Shown here one piece after another: positions 28,103 through 32,000 of a DNA stretch of 32,000 nucleotides. The notes beneath the pieces are model-generated. The model saw only the letters and a list, made by a program, of their open reading frames with translations, did not search any database and was not told the origin of the DNA. Source of the DNA: an uncultured Clostridia bacterium (GTDB taxonomy: Bacteria > Bacillota > Clostridia > Lachnospirales > CAG-274); contig CANQIA010000003.1 in NCBI GenBank assembly GCA_947624015.1, positions 101,541 to 133,540 on the forward strand. The letters are read 5' to 3'. The number at the start of each line of letters is the position of its first letter. Position 1 is the stretch's first letter. The position numbers and the translations under genes are program-made.

Positions 28103-28864
28103 TTAATCCTGTAAAAATCCTGTTAAAGGAGATGATGCGCTTGCCTTTTCTATAACTCTGCCCATACCTGAAAGATATGCGGTACGTCCGGCTTCAATGG
28201 CTTTCTTGAATGCTTCCGCCATTGCAGGTATATCCCCGGCTGTGGCAATAGCCGTATTTGCCATAACAGCCGCCGCTCCCATTTCCATAGCCTCGCACGC
28301 CTGAGACGGCTTGCCTATGCCTGCGTCTACTATTATAGGCAGATCGATCTCTTCAATAAGTATTTTAATAAAGTCCTTTGTGCAAATGCCCTTGTTGGAG
28401 CCAATAGGCGCTCCGAGAGGCATTATGGATGCCGCTCCCGCATTTACAAGATCTCTGGCGGCATTTAAGTCGGGATACATATAGGGCATTACAATAAAGC
28501 CCTCTTTGGCAAGTATTTCGGTAGCCTTTATTGTTTCATAGTTGTCGGGCAGCAGATATTTGGAATCGTGTATTACCTCTATCTTTACAAAATCGCCGCA
28601 GCCAACCTCTCTTGAAAGCCTGGCTATCCTTACTGCTTCTTCGGCATTTCTTGCGCCCGATGTATTTGGCAGCAGAGTAATGCCCTTTGGTATGTAGTCC
28701 AGTATATTGTCGGCGTTTGAATTTGCACGTCTTAATGCAAGAGTTATTATTTCGGCTCCGGCATTTTCAACGGCTGCCTTAATAAGCTCAAGAGAGTATT
28801 TGCCTGAGCCGAGTATGAATCTTGAATTGAATTCGTGTCCTGCTATTATTAATTTGTCCTTCAT
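28103..28864 (-). CDS. thiG: Thiazole synthase ThiG
   Basis: [45 protein letters not shown]...[17 protein letters not shown] and VDAGIG. SD AAGGAGA. Confidence 0.95.
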   Translation of the reverse strand: MKDKLIIAGHEFNSRFILGSGKYSLELIKAAVENAGAEIITLALRRANSNADNILDYIPKGITLLPNTSGARNAEEAVRIARLSREVGCGDFVKIEVIHDSKYLLPDNYETIKATEILAKEGFIVMPYMYPDLNAARDLVNAGAASIMPLGAPIGSNKGICTKDFIKILIEEIDLPIIVDAGIGKPSQACEAMEMGAAAVMANTAIATAGDIPAMAEAFKKAIEAGRTAYLSGMGRVIEKASASSPLTGFLQD

Positions 28865-28887
28865 TGTTATTCTCCTTTTATTATATA

Positions 28888-29514
28888 TTAATTTAGATCA
28901 CACAACAGCAACCGCAATACCGTATTAGCCTGATGCATGGCACATATGCCTACTCTGGGAGCCATAAGTCCCATGCCGTTTTCTATGCCGGATACCATAT
29001 CGCCGCAAATATAAAGGCGATCGTTTATTTTACGGCTCTGTATCGTATTGCCTGTGTCAAAGCCTGCCATGCCGGATGCGGATACTACCGTAAAGTCCTC
29101 GGGGGATGTAAGCAAGGTGTTTATGAGCATTGCCTTGCTTTCAGCCTTGTCAAAGCATTCGCATACGATGCTGTGATCCTTAAAGAGTTCAACGGCGTTG
29201 CTTTCGGTTATCTTTATTTTTTTGCGCTTAATCTTTATTATGGGATTGACTGCCCTTATTTTATTTGCAAGCGCCACAGTTTTTGCCTTTCCTATGTCGG
29301 AGATATCATACTGCTGTCTGTTAAGGTTTGTAATGTCTACCCTGTCAAAATCCACAATAAAAAGCTCTCCGATTCCCGCTCTTGCCAGAGCTAAGGCAAC
29401 ATTGGAACCAAGACCGCCCAAGCCCGCTACGGCAACCTTTGAATTTATTAGCTTGTGGTATATATCGCTGCCGTGCCGCATTATAAGGGCATTTATAAAT
29501 TCGTTATTTGTCAT
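28888..29514 (-). CDS. thiF: ThiS adenylyltransferase ThiF (E1-like)
   Basis: Nucleotide-binding [44 protein letters not shown] 29514 (or GTG 29523) overlaps the thiS stop, which suggests translational coupling. Confidence 0.9.
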   Translation of the reverse strand: MTNNEFINALIMRHGSDIYHKLINSKVAVAGLGGLGSNVALALARAGIGELFIVDFDRVDITNLNRQQYDISDIGKAKTVALANKIRAVNPIIKIKRKKIKITESNAVELFKDHSIVCECFDKAESKAMLINTLLTSPEDFTVVSASGMAGFDTGNTIQSRKINDRLYICGDMVSGIENGMGLMAPRVGICAMHQANTVLRLLLCDLN

Positions 29515-29515
29515 A

Positions 29516-29713
29516 TCAACCACCGCCTACAAAGTTGACTATCTCTATAATATCCTCATCGTTTATTATATAGCTGTCGTACTCCTTCTTTGAGAGTATA
29601 CTGCCGTTTACTTCAACGGCAATGCGGGTCTTATTGTAGCCGTTTTCGTCAAGATATTGCCCCAGGGTATTGCCTTTTGCTTCGGGAGCTGCCTTTCCGT
29701 TTATTTTTATCAT
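29516..29713 (-). CDS. thiS: Sulfur-carrier protein ThiS
   Basis: 65-aa ubiquitin-like protein ending in ...NFVGGG (C-terminal Gly-Gly). INGK start and VEVNG core. SD GGAGA at 29719-29723. Confidence 0.9.
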   Translation of the reverse strand: MIKINGKAAPEAKGNTLGQYLDENGYNKTRIAVEVNGSILSKKEYDSYIINDEDIIEIVNFVGGG

Positions 29714-29721
29714 ATTTTTCT

Positions 29722-29848
29722 CCTTTCAAAATAAAAAATCACACAAAGGATCGCACCATAAATTCGGCTCCTTACGGAAGCCTACGCCCTTTCAAGGTGG
29801 TGTACCCCTTTGTGTGATCTTTATTTACATGATCATCACTTTTTATTT
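29722..29848 (-). promoter_or_regulatory. thiS leader with terminator-embedded structured element; candidate thiS-motif (HMP-PP) riboswitch, not a THI-box
   Basis: On the - strand, a 12-bp basal stem (29818-29807 pairs with 29749-29738; GAUCACACAAAGG.../...CCUUUGUGUGAU) encloses ~57 nt. The enclosed part contains a GGCUUCCGUAAGGAGCC hairpin (29782-29766) and CACCA/UGGUG pairing. UUUUUUAUUUU follows directly, then the SD and the thiS AUG. The THI-box hallmark CUGAGA is absent. Confidence 0.5.
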
Positions 29849-29854
29849 TAAGTT

Positions 29855-29883
29855 ATTTTAACATAATATTTTATGACTGTCAA
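29855..29883 (-). promoter_or_regulatory. Sigma-A-type promoter of the thi operon
   Basis: On the - strand: consensus -35 TTGACA (29883-29878, overlapping the feoB stop codon), 17-nt spacer, extended -10 TGT-TAAAAT (TAAAAT = 29860-29855). Confidence 0.6.
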
Positions 29884-31682
29884 CTCAGAATAAAAGAGCC
29901 TGTCTGATACACCGCCGCCGAAACAAGCCATGCGGCGGCTGTTTGGTAAAGCGCAGCAAATACAGCCCATTTCAGGCTTTTCATTTCCTTGTATGAAGCG
30001 GTAAAGGCAGCGGCGCAGGGCATATAAAGTAATATAAACACAAGATATGAAAAGGCGGAAAGTCCCGTAAAATGCCGGGAAAGGAATCCGTCTGCATACA
30101 GTATGCCCAGAGTCGATATAATTGCCTCTTTTGCTCCCAGACCCGATATAATTGCGGCTGTTTTCCGCCAGTCGCTGCCAAAACCGCAAGGGATGAATAT
30201 GGGGGCTATTGCTTTTCCCAGACAGGCAAATATGCTCTCGCTGTTGTCTTTGACTATGTTCAGTCTTATATCAAAGCTTTGCATGAGCCATATTATCACA
30301 GAGGCAACAAGCAGTGTCGTAAATACCTTTTTTATAAAATCCTCTGCTCTTTCGCACATATGTATCATAACAGAGTACAATGAGGGCAACCTGTACGGCG
30401 GCAGCTCAGTTATAAAACCCTCATCTTCCCCTTTAATAAAAGTATTGCCGAGTATCAAGCCGCTTAAAAGAGCGACGCCTATGCCTATAACATAAAGAGC
30501 GGCAGTTACGACCCTTCCTTTGTCTGCGAAAATTTCGTTGCCAAAGGCGGCAAATACCGCCATTCTTGCGCCGCAGGTCATAAACGGTATGAGAATTACA
30601 GTTTTATTTCTTTCTGTGCGGCTTTTAAGTGTTCTTGTTGCCATAATGGCAGGGACGGAACAGCCGAATCCCATGAGCATTGGCACAAAGCTTCTTCCCG
30701 ATAAGCCAAAGCTTCTTAGAAGTCTGTCGGTTATAAATGACGCTCTTGCCATATATCCCGTATCCTCCAATATTGACAAAAAGAGAAAAAGAAGCACTAT
30801 TTGGGGCAAGAATACTATTACCATACCTATACCTTTTATTATGCCGTCAATAATAAGAGCCGTAATAAGCTCCGAAACATTAAGTTCACAGAGTATATTT
30901 GCCGTTAGCGCCCCTATCTTTTCATTTACCAGTATATCCATGCCGTTGCTCAGGGCTTTTCCCACGTTGCCGAAGGTAACAGAAAAAACAAAATACATTA
31001 TCGTCATAAATATGGGGAATGCCAAAAATCTGTTTGTTACGACAGTATCTATTCTATTGCTTAAACTGTGCTCCGTCTTTCCCTTATGCACGCACAGAGC
31101 CGTTATTTTTTCTATATATTTGTAGCGTCTGTTGGCTTCTTTTTCATACATTTCATCGTTTTCTTCAAAATAAAGGGCGTAGGGTCCTTTCCTTTTGCGG
31201 GAGATCGATGCAGCCTTTATAATAAGCTTATCTATGCCTTTTTTCTTAAGGGCTGAAATAGGTATTACGGGGATGCCCATAAGCTCTTCCATTTTTTTTA
31301 TATCTATAACATCCCCTCTGTTTTCCGCCTCGTCTATCATATTCAGCGCCATTACAACGGGGATACCCGTTTGCATAAGCTGAGTGGTAAGGTACATATT
31401 TCTTTCCATATTTGTGGCATCGACAACATTTATTATACAGTCGGGCTTGTCCTTAAGTATATACTCGCAGGCGATCGTCTCATCCTGAGAATAGGGATAA
31501 AGGGAGTATATACCCGGAAGATCCGATATTATTGCCGAAATATTTCCCACAGAGCATATACCCCTCTTTACATCTACGGTCACACCGGGACGGTTGCCTG
31601 TGTGTTCCCGACTGTCCGTAAGCAAATTAAAAAGCGTTGTCTTGCCGCAGTTGGGATTTCCCGCAAGAGCAAATTCGAGCAT
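29880..31682 (-). CDS. feoB: Ferrous iron transporter FeoB
   Basis: N-terminal G-domain (GNPNCGKTTLFN, DLPG, NMID) followed by a polytopic permease domain. ATG 31682 is preferred (AAGGA 11 nt upstream); the GTG at 31691 in the track abuts the SD. Confidence 0.93.
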   Translation of the reverse strand: MLEFALAGNPNCGKTTLFNLLTDSREHTGNRPGVTVDVKRGICSVGNISAIISDLPGIYSLYPYSQDETIACEYILKDKPDCIINVVDATNMERNMYLTTQLMQTGIPVVMALNMIDEAENRGDVIDIKKMEELMGIPVIPISALKKKGIDKLIIKAASISRKRKGPYALYFEENDEMYEKEANRRYKYIEKITALCVHKGKTEHSLSNRIDTVVTNRFLAFPIFMTIMYFVFSVTFGNVGKALSNGMDILVNEKIGALTANILCELNVSELITALIIDGIIKGIGMVIVFLPQIVLLFLFLSILEDTGYMARASFITDRLLRSFGLSGRSFVPMLMGFGCSVPAIMATRTLKSRTERNKTVILIPFMTCGARMAVFAAFGNEIFADKGRVVTAALYVIGIGVALLSGLILGNTFIKGEDEGFITELPPYRLPSLYSVMIHMCERAEDFIKKVFTTLLVASVIIWLMQSFDIRLNIVKDNSESIFACLGKAIAPIFIPCGFGSDWRKTAAIISGLGAKEAIISTLGILYADGFLSRHFTGLSAFSYLVFILLYMPCAAAFTASYKEMKSLKWAVFAALYQTAAAWLVSAAVYQTGSFILS

Positions 31683-31783
31683 AGATATCACTGTCCTTTA
31701 AAAAACGTAAGAATATATGACAAATATTACAAAACACTTGTCTTTGACCGTTTATTATTGTATACTGCTATAAGGTGAGTTTT

Positions 31784-32000
31784 ATGAAAAAAACAGTTAC
31801 AATAACAGGCGTTCTTATTATAATATATATGCTCTTGTCCTGTTTAATGACCAATTTTGCTTTGGGACAACTGCTTGCTCTTATTCTTGGAGTTGTTATG
31901 GCAATGTGGTTCCATGTGCCGTCTAATGCTTTTGTAAAAATAATAAAAATATTTTTTATTGCGACAGCGCTGTTTTTCTCCGTTGTGATAGGGATAATTT
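31784..32000 (+). CDS. Hypothetical membrane protein, 3' end beyond the window
   Basis: Not in the ORF track because it runs off the window edge. SD AAGGTGAG (31771-31778) lies 5 nt before ATG 31784. The frame is open to the edge: MKKTVTITGVLIIIYMLLSCLMTNFALGQLLALILGVVMAMWFHVPSNAFVKIIKIFFIATALFFSVVIGII (2-3 hydrophobic helices). Divergent from feoB. Confidence 0.55.
   Translation, partial: MKKTVTITGVLIIIYMLLSCLMTNFALGQLLALILGVVMAMWFHVPSNAFVKIIKIFFIATALFFSVVIGII

Noticed and set aside
29714-29880. Canonical TPP (THI-box) riboswitch expected upstream of thiS
   Set aside because: Neither strand of the feoB-thiS spacer contains the CUGAGA core or the ACCUGAUCUGGAUAAUGCCAGCG-like P4/P5 consensus in the correct orientation. 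The structure present is a long terminator hairpin with a different internal architecture.
31692-31783. Fur box or iron-responsive operator in the feoB/divergent-gene spacer
   Set aside because: The AT-rich segment (tgtaatatttgtcatatatt) does not match the 7-1-7 TGATAATnATTATCA consensus well enough to call.
1-32000. CRISPR arrays, IS elements/transposases, integrases, tRNA or rRNA genes, prophage genes
   Set aside because: I found no regularly spaced direct repeats, no terminal inverted repeats bounding a transposase-like ORF, and no cloverleaf-like or rRNA-like conserved segments. The only notable repeat is the 143-nt ppd patch.

Overview
Low-GC, Gram-positive-type chromosome segment, probably Bacillota/Clostridia-like (AGGAGG-type ribosome-binding sites (SD), AT-rich codon usage, anaerobic ThiH thiazole route). 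No rRNA, tRNA, CRISPR array, transposase or integrase was recognised.

(1) nt 1-23.8k is one co-directional (+) Wzx/Wzy-type surface-polysaccharide locus. It holds five GT-B/GT-A-like transferases, a Wzy-like polymerase, a Wzx flippase and an SDR epimerase/dehydratase. It also holds a GDP-L-fucose supply module (gmd-fcl-manC-manA) and an acyltransferase-3 gene broken by one in-frame TAG. A LicD-family transferase is followed by a phosphonate (C-P) module: a three-domain nucleotidyltransferase-cytidylyltransferase-PEP mutase fusion, an Fe-alcohol dehydrogenase and a phosphonopyruvate decarboxylase. Two paralogous pol-beta-type nucleotidyltransferase-fold genes each sit directly after one of the two precursor modules. 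No initiating phosphoglycosyltransferase, chain-length regulator or phosphomannomutase is in the window.

(2) nt 23.1-26.4k is a very AT-rich junction. It contains an orphan KdsC-like HAD phosphatase and a 3' remnant of a second phosphonopyruvate decarboxylase gene, which carries a 143-nt patch almost identical to the intact copy. It also contains an oppositely oriented, self-promoted gene for a 2-TM protein of unknown function with a degenerate Nudix-like motif.

(3) nt 26.4-31.7k (- strand) is thiS-thiF-thiG-thiH-thiE behind a terminator-embedded leader that is not a THI-box. This leader is a candidate thiS-motif/HMP-PP riboswitch. Upstream is feoB without feoA, then the start of a divergent membrane-protein gene.

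Most notable: the reductive (2-hydroxyethylphosphonate-type) phosphonate decoration pathway wired into a capsule-like locus, its recombination scars, and the orphan 2-TM protein.
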